From a virus (lineage: Duplodnaviria > Caudoviricetes), in IMG/VR virus record IMGVR_UViG_3300005529_000008, positions 1,739-65,738 of that record: 64,000 nt of DNA; one strand, written 5' to 3'. Made by a program: the position numbers and the translations under genes. The notes beneath the pieces were generated by a model. It was given only the letters and a program-made list of their open reading frames with translations, ran no database searches and was not told where the DNA came from. Shown here one piece after another: positions 46,741 to 55,964 of this stretch (the first letter of the stretch is position 1; every line of letters starts with the position of its first letter).

Positions 46741-48132
46741 ATGAGTAGCACATTTTATAGCAAGTTTTACAGTACGCACGTTGAGATTGATATCGCGAGT
46801 GGCGCGATTATGTCTCGTGATATCGTGCCGTATGAAGGGCCGTGGGAGGGCGCGATGGGGCTGGAAACGGCCACCGCGACCGCCATTCTGAAAACCGTGT
46901 ATGAGGGAGATTTGAAAGAACAGATCAACCAAGATACCACGGCGTTGAAATATATCGTTGACGGTGATATGACCGGGAAGAAATGGGAAGGCGCGAAGGT
47001 CGTGGTTGCGTTGCACACAAAGCGCAACTCCGGCGTGAAGGCGATCGCGCTCAACACTGGCCAGATCCCCCAAGCCGGCAACCAGGGTACGGCCAACGCA
47101 GAAATCAACATGAAGAAGTGGTTCGGGCATATCCAGCTCACCGCAGATATCATGGCGCAGGCCAAGACCAATAAGGGCGCGTTTGTCAACGCCCTCACGA
47201 TGGAGCAGGAGGGGATGGTCAATGACATCTCCCGCCAGCGAAATCGCGGGTTGAATTATTTCGGCCAGGGTACGTTGGCGGTTGTATCGGCGGGCGCAAA
47301 TTCCGCGACACAGGCCATTAAAGACCCCGGCAATGTGGTCGGTACGGTCAATCCCGAGCGTTTTATTAAGGTCGGAGATGTGATTGCTATTACCTCCAGC
47401 GACGGTACCGTGCTGCGCGGCGTTCAGACCGTGTTGTCGATTACCACGCCGAACGTCGTGTTCGATGCGGCAATTAACACCACCACCGGCGACTTGCTCT
47501 CGTTCGGTTCCAATAGCGTGGCCCCGGGTGAGTCGAGCTTCAATGCCGAGCCAATTGGACTGTTGGGTTTGATCGATTCCACCACCTACGTGTCGAATGC
47601 TTATACCATCGACCGCTCCTTGGCCGCGAATGCCTTCTGGCGCTCGAACGTTCTAACCAGCGTGGGAAGTTTGAATCCCGACTTACTCAACCGTGCTATT
47701 CAGAATAATCACGAAATCTCGGGGAAGAAGATCAAGAAAATGTACACGCACTATGGCGTGGCCCGCGAAATCTTGAAACTGACCGAGCAGGACAAGCGGT
47801 ACAATGTTCAGCCCGGTAATAAAGGCTCGTCCTTCCAAGCCGGTCCCGAGGATGAGGAATTTGGATTTGGCGGGAAAGACGGCACCGCAGACCGCGACGC
47901 CCCCTACGGTACGCTATTCATGTTCCCCGAGGACGGGTATCTTGAGCGGTACGAGCTGGGCGAGAGCGGCTGGGCAGAGGAAGATGGGAATCTCTTCCTG
48001 CGCGCACAGTTCTACGACCAGTATGAGGCAAGGTATCGGTTGCGTGAGCAGTTTTTCAATTCGCGACCGAATGCTTTTACGAGGCTTGACGGGATCACGA
48101 ATACTGTAAGTTCGGGCGCGTTCGGGCTGTAA
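46741..48132 (+). CDS. major capsid protein (with ~38-aa N-terminal leader; alternative start at 46855)
   Basis: AILK.VY...L.EQ.N, GL.GLI, YEA.......RPNA..RL.GI; strong terminator downstream. Confidence 0.85.
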   Translation: MSSTFYSKFYSTHVEIDIASGAIMSRDIVPYEGPWEGAMGLETATATAILKTVYEGDLKEQINQDTTALKYIVDGDMTGKKWEGAKVVVALHTKRNSGVKAIALNTGQIPQAGNQGTANAEINMKKWFGHIQLTADIMAQAKTNKGAFVNALTMEQEGMVNDISRQRNRGLNYFGQGTLAVVSAGANSATQAIKDPGNVVGTVNPERFIKVGDVIAITSSDGTVLRGVQTVLSITTPNVVFDAAINTTTGDLLSFGSNSVAPGESSFNAEPIGLLGLIDSTTYVSNAYTIDRSLAANAFWRSNVLTSVGSLNPDLLNRAIQNNHEISGKKIKKMYTHYGVAREILKLTEQDKRYNVQPGNKGSSFQAGPEDEEFGFGGKDGTADRDAPYGTLFMFPEDGYLERYELGESGWAEEDGNLFLRAQFYDQYEARYRLREQFFNSRPNAFTRLDGITNTVSSGAFGL

Positions 48133-48153
48133 GGCTTGACGGGATCACGAATA
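48082..48153 (+). repeat. 22-bp direct repeat at the capsid gene 3' end
   Basis: AGGCTTGACGGGATCACGAATA at 48082-48103 and 48132-48153. Confidence 0.9.
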
Positions 48154-48157
48154 TTTT

Positions 48158-48184
48158 GGGCACTTAGAAATAAGTGCCCTTTTT
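48158..48184 (+). terminator. intrinsic terminator
   Basis: GGGCACTTA-GAAA-TAAGTGCCC followed by TTTTT. Confidence 0.85.
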
Positions 48185-48290
48185 ATTTGCGCAAAGTAAA
48201 TTTACGTGCCCCCGCTGATAAAATACAACTAGGGGCGCAACTTGCGTCTCAATTCTGCGGGCTACTCCCGCGTAAAATGGGGCGTGTGAG

Positions 48291-48797
48291 ATGGATGGAA
48301 AAATTGTCGCGTTGAGGCTTACCGATAATCCGAAGATTTTGGAAGTGTTGCGCGAGAGAGGCGCATTGAGGCCCGATCCCAATAATGAGGAGAAAGAGAC
48401 TTACTGGGCCATGTTTAACGGGCGACCGTTCGGCTTCTGCGCCGGGAAAGTTATCAGTCTACCGGAGAATGTGGCGACGTGTTTGCGCAATTTACAACCC
48501 CTTATGGGGGGCACGCCGACTAAGCGTAAGAATGCGTTGGGCGAAGATTACGTATATCGAAGCTCCTACGACGCCCAGTGGACGCCAGTATTGGACGTGG
48601 TGGAAAGCTGGGGCGTTGGTGACGAGGCTCCAAGCGTTAAGGCACTACGAAAGACCCAGTGCGGCGTGTGCGAGAAGTCATTCGCATCCGTACGAGAGCT
48701 GGCCGCGCATCTTAACGAACATATCGACGATGAGCAGGGTACGCCAGCCATCTCGAAATCCAACGGTAAATCCCACCTTCTCGGAGCGCCAAAATAA
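48291..48797 (+). CDS. hypothetical protein with C2H2 zinc finger
   Basis: CGVCEKSF.....L..HLNEH. Confidence 0.7.
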   Translation: MDGKIVALRLTDNPKILEVLRERGALRPDPNNEEKETYWAMFNGRPFGFCAGKVISLPENVATCLRNLQPLMGGTPTKRKNALGEDYVYRSSYDAQWTPVLDVVESWGVGDEAPSVKALRKTQCGVCEKSFASVRELAAHLNEHIDDEQGTPAISKSNGKSHLLGAPK

Positions 48798-49405
48798 TGC
48801 GTCCGCCACAGGGATTTCTTAACACGCTACAAATCATGGACGCCCTACTTGACTTGCGGTGGGGCGACTATGTTGGGAAGTGGGTGGTGGAACGCAAGGC
48901 CGTGACGCCCCCGCACGAGTTGGTGTGGTTGATACGGCGGCGTGAGAGAGAAGCGCAAGATATTCGCGCAGGTCTCGCCACACCGCAAGACATACTTGAC
49001 TTCGCGGGTTTGAATGAGGAAATTCTCTCTCTCCAGCGCGGGAAGCGGGTGATCGTATTCGCGGACCAGCTCACGCCGGAACTTTACAATAAACTCTGCT
49101 ACTCCGATATCAAGCGATATGGCGGGTATTCGCGCTATGCCGATGCGATGCAGGCGAGGAAGGATGCGAAGAAGGCGGCGCGCGTGAAAGACCGGCGCGA
49201 GTTTCTGCGCGACCTGAATATCGAAGCGTTTGGCACGGAACATTCGCGGGGGATATATGATTTTCTTACTGATAAGCGCCGCACGGGGTTGATGGAGGAC
49301 GTGAAGAGGGGATCGCGCACGTTACATGATGTGCTTGGCGTGAAACCTGGCGAGAAGCTTGTCGGACGTGGTGGAGATCGGCGCATTCAAGTTGTGGGAG
49401 GGTAA
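48797..49405 (+). CDS. hypothetical protein
   Basis: coupled ORF in the structural operon. Confidence 0.65.
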   Translation: MRPPQGFLNTLQIMDALLDLRWGDYVGKWVVERKAVTPPHELVWLIRRREREAQDIRAGLATPQDILDFAGLNEEILSLQRGKRVIVFADQLTPELYNKLCYSDIKRYGGYSRYADAMQARKDAKKAARVKDRREFLRDLNIEAFGTEHSRGIYDFLTDKRRTGLMEDVKRGSRTLHDVLGVKPGEKLVGRGGDRRIQVVGG

Positions 49406-49410
49406 ATTAC

Positions 49411-50121
49411 GTGGCCGTTCAATACTCCGAACTTCTCTCGCAAGTCCTGGCGCGTGTGTCGGGCAAGGGCAACGCATTCACGACCGATCAGTACCGTTCG
49501 TTTATCAACGAGGGTAAGGATGAGCTGTGGAAGGCTCTGGTTGCGACCACGGACGATTATTTTTTACAATCCACCGTCACCACGCCCTCGAACGCCGTCA
49601 ATCTCTTCGCGCCGCTGTCATTAACGGTGCGCGAGTACGTCCTACCCGGCGACTGTCTTAAGCCTCGCTTTATCGAAGTGCTCGGCCCCGCTGGGTACGA
49701 GATGACCCAGTTTATATACCGCAAAATCCACCACCCCGACTTTCAAGACCAGCGGAATCTATCCACGCAAAACGGGCCGCAGGGAGCGTCGGATGCGTTT
49801 CTCACCGCTGACGCGTATTATTACACGATTGTGGGAAAGAATACGTTGATGTTGGCGCGATATCCCGAGGTCGCGTTCACGTTAAAAGTGTGGTACGTGC
49901 GCGCCCTACCGGATATGGATGTGGGAAGTTCGATCGACGAGACTGTGGTTCCGTTTAAGTCCGATATAGTGAACTTCGCGGTGAAGCGATGTGAGCTGGT
50001 CGCGGACGCGGACGGCTTCGCGGGGTGGTTAGAAAGTTGGAAGGCGAGTATCGTGGAGACGGTGCAAGCGGCGGGGCCGCGTAGCGAGGGGGCGATTTTT
50101 GTACAGGATGCGGAATATTAA
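49411..50121 (+). CDS. head-tail adaptor / tail tubular protein A-like
   Basis: FINEG..EL, EY.LP.D, P.....L.VWY patterns; position after the MCP. Confidence 0.6.
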   Translation: MAVQYSELLSQVLARVSGKGNAFTTDQYRSFINEGKDELWKALVATTDDYFLQSTVTTPSNAVNLFAPLSLTVREYVLPGDCLKPRFIEVLGPAGYEMTQFIYRKIHHPDFQDQRNLSTQNGPQGASDAFLTADAYYYTIVGKNTLMLARYPEVAFTLKVWYVRALPDMDVGSSIDETVVPFKSDIVNFAVKRCELVADADGFAGWLESWKASIVETVQAAGPRSEGAIFVQDAEY

Positions 50122-50124
50122 ATT

Positions 50125-50466
50125 TTACTTAAAAAGACTCTCTACTCTTTTAATCGCCTCGTCCCGTCTCTCATAACTTTCGCGTGTCGTTGGAGAAGTT
50201 TCTATCGAAAACACGCTCCAAGTATCGCCCTCGCCACAATTAAAAACATGCGCGACTTCACGGTGAGATTGGTCTTCGATATAGAAATCTTCCTCGCCCG
50301 AAGTACACACTCTCTGTGTTTTCCAATGATAAGTTTTTAGTGCTTTTGGCGGGCAAAATCGCGCCGCTATTTCATTCCAAGGTTGATAGCGTATTGTGAG
50401 AATTACTATAACAATAATTAAAATCGTTCTCAACGGAAATCGTGATTTTTCAAACGCCGTTTTCAT
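50125..50466 (-). CDS. antisense membrane-anchored hypothetical protein
   Basis: N-terminal TM; directly follows the deaminase gene. Confidence 0.5.
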   Translation of the reverse strand: MKTAFEKSRFPLRTILIIVIVILTIRYQPWNEIAARFCPPKALKTYHWKTQRVCTSGEEDFYIEDQSHREVAHVFNCGEGDTWSVFSIETSPTTRESYERRDEAIKRVESLFK

Positions 50467-50468
50467 AA

Positions 50469-50927
50469 TTATTTCGCTTCTCCAATACTTCCTTCGAGAA
50501 AAATAACTTTTACTTTCGCTTCGAATAACATCACTCCAACCACGGTAAAATCCGCGCCCCATTTCGGGTCGTTGAAATCCGGTTTGAATGCGACGAGTGT
50601 TTTAATCCCGCTTTGGATTAAGGCTCGTGCGCAATCGGCGCATGGATACCAGGGGATATATGCGGCACAGCCTTCTAGCGATACACCAATTCGTGCGGCG
50701 TTATAAATCGCATTCCGTTCTGCGTGTTCTGTCCAAGCGTATTTATCGGGACGTTGGTTGCGTAAGGCTACACTGTCATTACAACCTCTTGGAAAACCAT
50801 TAAATCCAGTTGTTCGAATCTCCCCTGCGCTCCCAACGATCACACAACCGGTTTTTCGCGAGGCGTCTTTGCTCCATTGTGAAATATGTACCGCGAGATC
50901 CATGAATCTTTTGTGCCAGTCGGCCAT
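50469..50927 (-). CDS. dCMP deaminase
   Basis: SKD...K.GC.I, GFNG.PRG, HAERNAI, PC.DC..ALIQ.GI; AGGAGG RBS. Confidence 0.92.
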   Translation of the reverse strand: MADWHKRFMDLAVHISQWSKDASRKTGCVIVGSAGEIRTTGFNGFPRGCNDSVALRNQRPDKYAWTEHAERNAIYNAARIGVSLEGCAAYIPWYPCADCARALIQSGIKTLVAFKPDFNDPKWGADFTVVGVMLFEAKVKVIFLEGSIGEAK

Positions 50928-50962
50928 AACTTCCTCCTAGTAAAATAAGTATAGACACAACT

Positions 50963-53182
50963 ATGCCAAAAAAGCAAGCTAGCTCGAAAGAAACTTCCGG
51001 CACGTTTAACCTGTCCACGGCCTCTGAAAATACTTATGCCGGCCAAGACGCACAGGAAGCGGCTGGAGCGCGGCGTGTATTGTCGATGATCCCCAAAATC
51101 TCCGGCGAGATGGTGCGCGAGTTGGGACAGGCGAAGTATTTACCGACGCAGCTTCCCACGAAAATCGGCGCGTTGATGGATTATCCGTACAACGATTCTA
51201 ACGGTGTGCGCCAGTCTGTGCGCTTCGCCGTCGCCACGTCCGATAATATCGTGTTTGCGTTATATAAAGAAGTCGCCGGTGCGTGGGTTGTGCAGACCCT
51301 TCCGCTCAATAACGGGCTAACTTCGAATGCGCCATTTAACGACTTCCCCCAGTTCGTAGTATTGAATAATCTTCTCCATATCACAGACGGCACCACGTCT
51401 TGGATCTACGACGGGCCGAACGCCCAGTTCGTAATTGAAGGCTTCATCATCCCGCCCGTCCCGCCGAATATTGAAAATACGGGATTTGCGGGCACGTTTA
51501 GTTGCTCGGTGGGACGTTTCTACTGGATCACCTACGCCGACCATACCGTGGGTCGCGTGCATGAATCCAGCTCGTCGCCTATTTCCACTTCGCCTGTCAA
51601 CTCCCAAGGCTCCACCGGCCCCGTGGCGAATAAGTCAATTCAAGTACAAGCGTGTCGCACGCTCGTTACCACCACGATAGGTCTCACCGCGATCACCACT
51701 GGCGCAGGCGGATTCTTCCCCCAATTCGTGGGGATGAATTTGTATATCGGCGCGGTAAATTACGGTCGTATTGCCACATTTACCGATTCCGCACATATGA
51801 TACTCGATACTCCCGCGCCTGCAAGTAACGCCGGGGTAAATTGCATCATCGCCCCGCCCCGCGCCACGCATATTCATTTCTACTGTTCTGAGACCGATGG
51901 ATCGCGGTTGGGTAAGTTTCTCACCAGTATCTCGGTGCTTGATCCGAACGACTTTATAATGGACCAGGTTCCGTTTATTACTGATCCCACGAGTACGATT
52001 TCAACAGTGGATCGCCCAATCCGCAACGACCCTCCTGCGCCCAGTAAAATCGCGGAAGTCCATAAATATCGCATCTTCCGGCGTCGCGAGGCCAAGCCAA
52101 ATTTCTTCCACTTTTCGGGAAACGAAGAAATCTCGGCGGGGAACGGGAACGGCAGTCCTCAAGAATCCTACCCTGGCGCGGCAGGCACGGTTACGATGTC
52201 CGATATCGTGGATGAACAATCTTACCCACAATCTGCCAATCGTCTTCGCGGCTTGAAATCCCACGCCGACGCGCTATGGCTCGGCACGGAAAAAGGAATC
52301 GTGCCGTTATACGGTAATTCGATCGATGACTTCGGTCTAATGCAAGTCGTGACAATTACGGGCGGCGTAATATCGCGGTGGGGGATGGAGACGACGCCGC
52401 ACGGGTTGACGATTTTCGGGTACGATCGTCTATTGAAGCTCTACCCGCCCATTTCACCAATTTACTCCATACTCCCCCAAGATCTCAATGTCACCGACCA
52501 ACTTCTCGAAATTGGTCGCCCGATGCGCAAGAAATTTCTCACGATTAAGAATGTGGACCAGGACAATGTGCGCACGCTTCATTACCAGTACAACGAACGC
52601 GACTGGTTGGTGGTGTGTTACCAAGACAATACCTCAACCTACCACACTTACATCTACGACTTTGCGATCAAAGGGTGGTTCGAGTCGCAGCGCGGTTTTG
52701 CGAGCGTGGCGGTTTTCGAACCGATAGCCGGTAATGTCATTCTTGTCGGGGGCGGCACAGACGGCTTTGTGTACGTTATTGACGATCTCTCCGGCACATT
52801 CTCCAATGCGACTTGTCCCGCCGCGATATTTCGACCCGCGCTTATCAACTTCGGTCGCCCTGATATTATGCACCAGCTTTATTCGTTGGAGTATGAGTTA
52901 ACGAACGATGCTCTCTCAGCAGACGTAACGGTGAATTTCTACCTTGACCCGCAAGACGCCGATAATCCTGGTGCACCGTTCGGCCCGTTGAATTTTGCGA
53001 AAGTCCCAAATAGTGCTGCGCGATATCGTGCGTACTTCGCCGCGACGGACGGCGTAGTGGGAACATTGTGTAAGCGTGCGCTCATCGAATTTCAAATCGC
53101 ATCTTCCACAAACACCGGGGGTTTCCGTGGTATTATGCTTAAAGCGTGGCCGGTGGATGCAGAAGTGAATCAGGCGGGTTAG
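50963..53182 (+). CDS. tail tubular protein B / nozzle-like (beta-propeller) protein
   Basis: 739 aa, beta-rich; Y.IT......ES..S, YIYDF...W, GG.DG.VY; podovirus gene order. Confidence 0.65.
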   Translation: MPKKQASSKETSGTFNLSTASENTYAGQDAQEAAGARRVLSMIPKISGEMVRELGQAKYLPTQLPTKIGALMDYPYNDSNGVRQSVRFAVATSDNIVFALYKEVAGAWVVQTLPLNNGLTSNAPFNDFPQFVVLNNLLHITDGTTSWIYDGPNAQFVIEGFIIPPVPPNIENTGFAGTFSCSVGRFYWITYADHTVGRVHESSSSPISTSPVNSQGSTGPVANKSIQVQACRTLVTTTIGLTAITTGAGGFFPQFVGMNLYIGAVNYGRIATFTDSAHMILDTPAPASNAGVNCIIAPPRATHIHFYCSETDGSRLGKFLTSISVLDPNDFIMDQVPFITDPTSTISTVDRPIRNDPPAPSKIAEVHKYRIFRRREAKPNFFHFSGNEEISAGNGNGSPQESYPGAAGTVTMSDIVDEQSYPQSANRLRGLKSHADALWLGTEKGIVPLYGNSIDDFGLMQVVTITGGVISRWGMETTPHGLTIFGYDRLLKLYPPISPIYSILPQDLNVTDQLLEIGRPMRKKFLTIKNVDQDNVRTLHYQYNERDWLVVCYQDNTSTYHTYIYDFAIKGWFESQRGFASVAVFEPIAGNVILVGGGTDGFVYVIDDLSGTFSNATCPAAIFRPALINFGRPDIMHQLYSLEYELTNDALSADVTVNFYLDPQDADNPGAPFGPLNFAKVPNSAARYRAYFAATDGVVGTLCKRALIEFQIASSTNTGGFRGIMLKAWPVDAEVNQAG

Positions 53183-53696
53183 TGCGGCGTTCGGCCATAC
53201 AGATTGTGTCATTATGGTCGGAGCCATGCGCTACAAGCAAGATTTCTTCAATTTCAAATTTATATTTCTTGCCCATCCCATTCGTGTTCCACCCGAAGAA
53301 TAGCGCAACTCCCGTTTCGTTTAAAAGCCGGTCGATTTGAACTTTCATATCGCCGCGAATCTTGCCGAGCGCATCACCCTGTTTCATTTTCACGCCGATT
53401 CCGTCGTAGCATTCTTTGACTTGACGCGGAGAATACGGCGGGTCGATTATTACGAGATCGGCTTTGCCTTCCATGTCGGTATCGGCAAGTTTCTTCATAA
53501 ACTCCGTCGCGTCCATGTGATATTGTGCGGCGGTATTTGGGTTGAGGTCGTTTGTAAATGTTGCGCCGTTGAAATTACGCGCGAAAGGGTCAACGGAAAT
53601 TGGGCACTTCGCAAGATACTTTTCAACGAACGCCCGGATTGGCGGGATGGAAAAGGTTTCGGAATTTGGCATCGACCAGACGCGAGAGATTATCAT
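53139..53696 (-). CDS. amino-DNA methyltransferase (DPPY type)
   Basis: W.MPN..TFSI.PI, DPFA, TNDLN, DPPYS.RQ, HG..HNDTI. Confidence 0.8.
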   Translation of the reverse strand: MIISRVWSMPNSETFSIPPIRAFVEKYLAKCPISVDPFARNFNGATFTNDLNPNTAAQYHMDATEFMKKLADTDMEGKADLVIIDPPYSPRQVKECYDGIGVKMKQGDALGKIRGDMKVQIDRLLNETGVALFFGWNTNGMGKKYKFEIEEILLVAHGSDHNDTICMAERRTNPPDSLLHPPATL

Positions 53697-53746
53697 GCCT
53701 TGCACTCTACCACACTCTCCTATAAAATACAACTAGGCGGTGAAAT

Positions 53747-54262
53747 TTGGCCCAACGCACAATTCCCACGATCAGTACGATTCCTCAACTGGCACAGTGG
53801 CAAGCCGGCCTGCGCGCCAACATCATGCGCGTTCTGGCGCCACCCGTGCCCGCCAATTTATCTGTGACCTCAAAACAGGGTGGGAACTATGTCACATGGT
53901 CCACGGTAAAAGGCGCGGATGGGTTCGAGTTGGACGTGTCGGAAAACGGCGATATGTCCAATGTGCTCTCAACAGTCGCGTTGCCGTCGTCGCAAAATAC
54001 TGCATATTTCGACACCGTGCCAGTGCAAGGTGGTTCGACACCGAAGACCCGCTATTACCGGGTACGCGCGACGGCGGGTACTGTGCAAAATCCCCACAAC
54101 GTTAAAGGCGTATCAAGTTCGGTAGTATCTTCCACCGCCATCGCACCGAACGACACCGTAACCGCCTCCGTCACCACTACCGACAATTCGAATCGTGACA
54201 AGATAAATATCGGGGCTGGAGGAGGCGCGTATCGAGAGCCATCTTTTGTTGACTTACCATAG
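53747..54262 (+). CDS. fibronectin type III-like virion protein
   Basis: P.PANL.V......VTW..V.GA..F, YYRVRA. Confidence 0.65.
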   Translation: MAQRTIPTISTIPQLAQWQAGLRANIMRVLAPPVPANLSVTSKQGGNYVTWSTVKGADGFELDVSENGDMSNVLSTVALPSSQNTAYFDTVPVQGGSTPKTRYYRVRATAGTVQNPHNVKGVSSSVVSSTAIAPNDTVTASVTTTDNSNRDKINIGAGGGAYREPSFVDLP

Positions 54263-54283
54263 TTTTTACGATATACTGCACGT

Positions 54284-54814
54284 ATGAAAAAAGTCTTCAC
54301 CCGCCCCCTCACGCCCGCCGATGTTCGACAACTAGATGCGTGGAGGAGAAATTTTTTGAGTGCGGACCTCGAACTGCCGCACGATTTCGACGCGCCGGGT
54401 GTAAAGACCGTGGGACTACACGAGAACCATAAACTCTTCGGTTCACTCACCGGGACGCGGGCGATAGTGCTTGATCCCTTCATTCATGATCCCTCGTATG
54501 ATGAGCAACAAGGCGCGAAGTTGATTTACGGTCTTGTGAAAGCCGACGCGATTCTTACGCAGTGGGGGCAGGAGGGTGGCGCGGTGGATTCGTATATCGC
54601 AATTCCCCGGAGCATGGAAGCTTACGTGCGGCTTCTTGATCATTACGGTTATAAACCGACTTGTGAAGGGTGCGTGATACTCCGTCGCCCCCTCGCTCCC
54701 GAAACCGTGCCGTTGCTTGGCGCGGAACGCGATGCCGCGCAACGTGCTACAAACTCGGCCACGACTTCCAAGGTTTCTGGCGAGGCACCAAACGATATCG
54801 CCAGCGACGTTTAA
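54284..54814 (+). CDS. GNAT-like acyltransferase-fold protein upstream of the ejection proteins
   Basis: RPLT.AD...L..W; ...RLLDHYGY pattern; position typical of podovirus gp13/gp14-type genes. Confidence 0.5.
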   Translation: MKKVFTRPLTPADVRQLDAWRRNFLSADLELPHDFDAPGVKTVGLHENHKLFGSLTGTRAIVLDPFIHDPSYDEQQGAKLIYGLVKADAILTQWGQEGGAVDSYIAIPRSMEAYVRLLDHYGYKPTCEGCVILRRPLAPETVPLLGAERDAAQRATNSATTSKVSGEAPNDIASDV

Positions 54815-55019
54815 ATTGTTTCGGAACCCCGAGCCAATTTAACACTTTTCCAAACCAAGTCTGTTGCTTGCGAAAACACCACATCGGGCCGTTGATGAGT
54901 AAATCGTATCGCAAACCGCGTTGTTCTTTTTTGAGCGCCGTGACAAACGCACCTTTTTCTGGTACAAGATCCTCGGATGAAAAAGATATTCTACCGCGAT
55001 AATTACGTATCGGAATCAT
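54747..55019 (-). CDS. small antisense hypothetical protein
   Basis: fills the intergenic gap; GGGG/AGGA RBS-like sequence. Confidence 0.4.
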   Translation of the reverse strand: MIPIRNYRGRISFSSEDLVPEKGAFVTALKKEQRGLRYDLLINGPMWCFRKQQTWFGKVLNWLGVPKQFKRRWRYRLVPRQKPWKSWPSL

Positions 55020-55082
55020 CCCCGTATCCTACCATACCCACCCACCTCGCGTAAACTATAATAAACACAGAGGACTTTTTCC

Positions 55083-55964
55083 ATGCCTGTGCCCCTGTAC
55101 GCTCGTTCTGCCACCTACGATATCGAAACGGGGTGGTTGTTGGATATTGATGAAGTGCCGTGGGAGGGTGCATGGGAGTTGGAAAAAAAAGGAAGAGAAA
55201 GCGAACAGCGCGTAACCGACGCTTCCCTACAAAACGCCGCGAATGATGCGCAGCGGCAGGGTGAGCAATATGGCGCGGAGAAGGGTGATCTCGCGCAACT
55301 TGATACAATTGGCGCGAATGGGTTAGGATTGGGTGCGAGTGGATATCTCGCCAATCAATTAAATTCTATCGGGCGATCTTATGGCAATGCGCGCCAGAAT
55401 GCTGCGCGTATCAACGCCTCTCGCGGGTTAGGCTCAACCCCAGAAGGCGCGTTTCAATCCAGTTTAAACGGTGCGAACTTGGGACAAGCGGGGGCGGAAA
55501 ACGAAGCGTATAACAACGCGCAAATGCTCACTCGCGACAATATGCTTCAGGCGCTTGGTGCCCGTGCCGGATTGCAAAACACATATAATCCAAACGGTGC
55601 TTTATCGGTCGGCGCACAATCCGCGTATGATCAAAATCACATGGGTAGTTTGCTTGGCGATATTGGTGCGGGATTATCAAGTGCTGCTGGAATTGTCGGG
55701 AGCGGGTTTGGTCTTGCAAATCAGGTTAAAGGCGGCGTGTGCTGGATCGCAGAGGCACTGTGGGGCGTGGATGATTTACGCACTCATATTGTGCGCGGGT
55801 GGTTAAATTATTCGCGGTTCGCAAATACTGTGTTGGGTCGCGCAATCCTGGTGCTTTACCGCACTTTCGGTCAACGCTTAGCAAAATGCCGCTGGGCGGT
55901 GTTGAAATTACGTCCGCTTTTTAACCTCGCGTTACGGCGCGCAACCACGGAGGCGTGGCAATGA
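55083..55964 (+). CDS. internal virion/ejection protein with N-terminal leader and C-terminal CFI-box-CTERM-like domain
   Basis: Gly/Ala/Asn/Gln-rich body; hydrophobic Gly-rich segment, then GGVCWIAEALWG...VR.WL...LG.....LY..FG.RLA. Confidence 0.7.
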   Translation: MPVPLYARSATYDIETGWLLDIDEVPWEGAWELEKKGRESEQRVTDASLQNAANDAQRQGEQYGAEKGDLAQLDTIGANGLGLGASGYLANQLNSIGRSYGNARQNAARINASRGLGSTPEGAFQSSLNGANLGQAGAENEAYNNAQMLTRDNMLQALGARAGLQNTYNPNGALSVGAQSAYDQNHMGSLLGDIGAGLSSAAGIVGSGFGLANQVKGGVCWIAEALWGVDDLRTHIVRGWLNYSRFANTVLGRAILVLYRTFGQRLAKCRWAVLKLRPLFNLALRRATTEAWQ

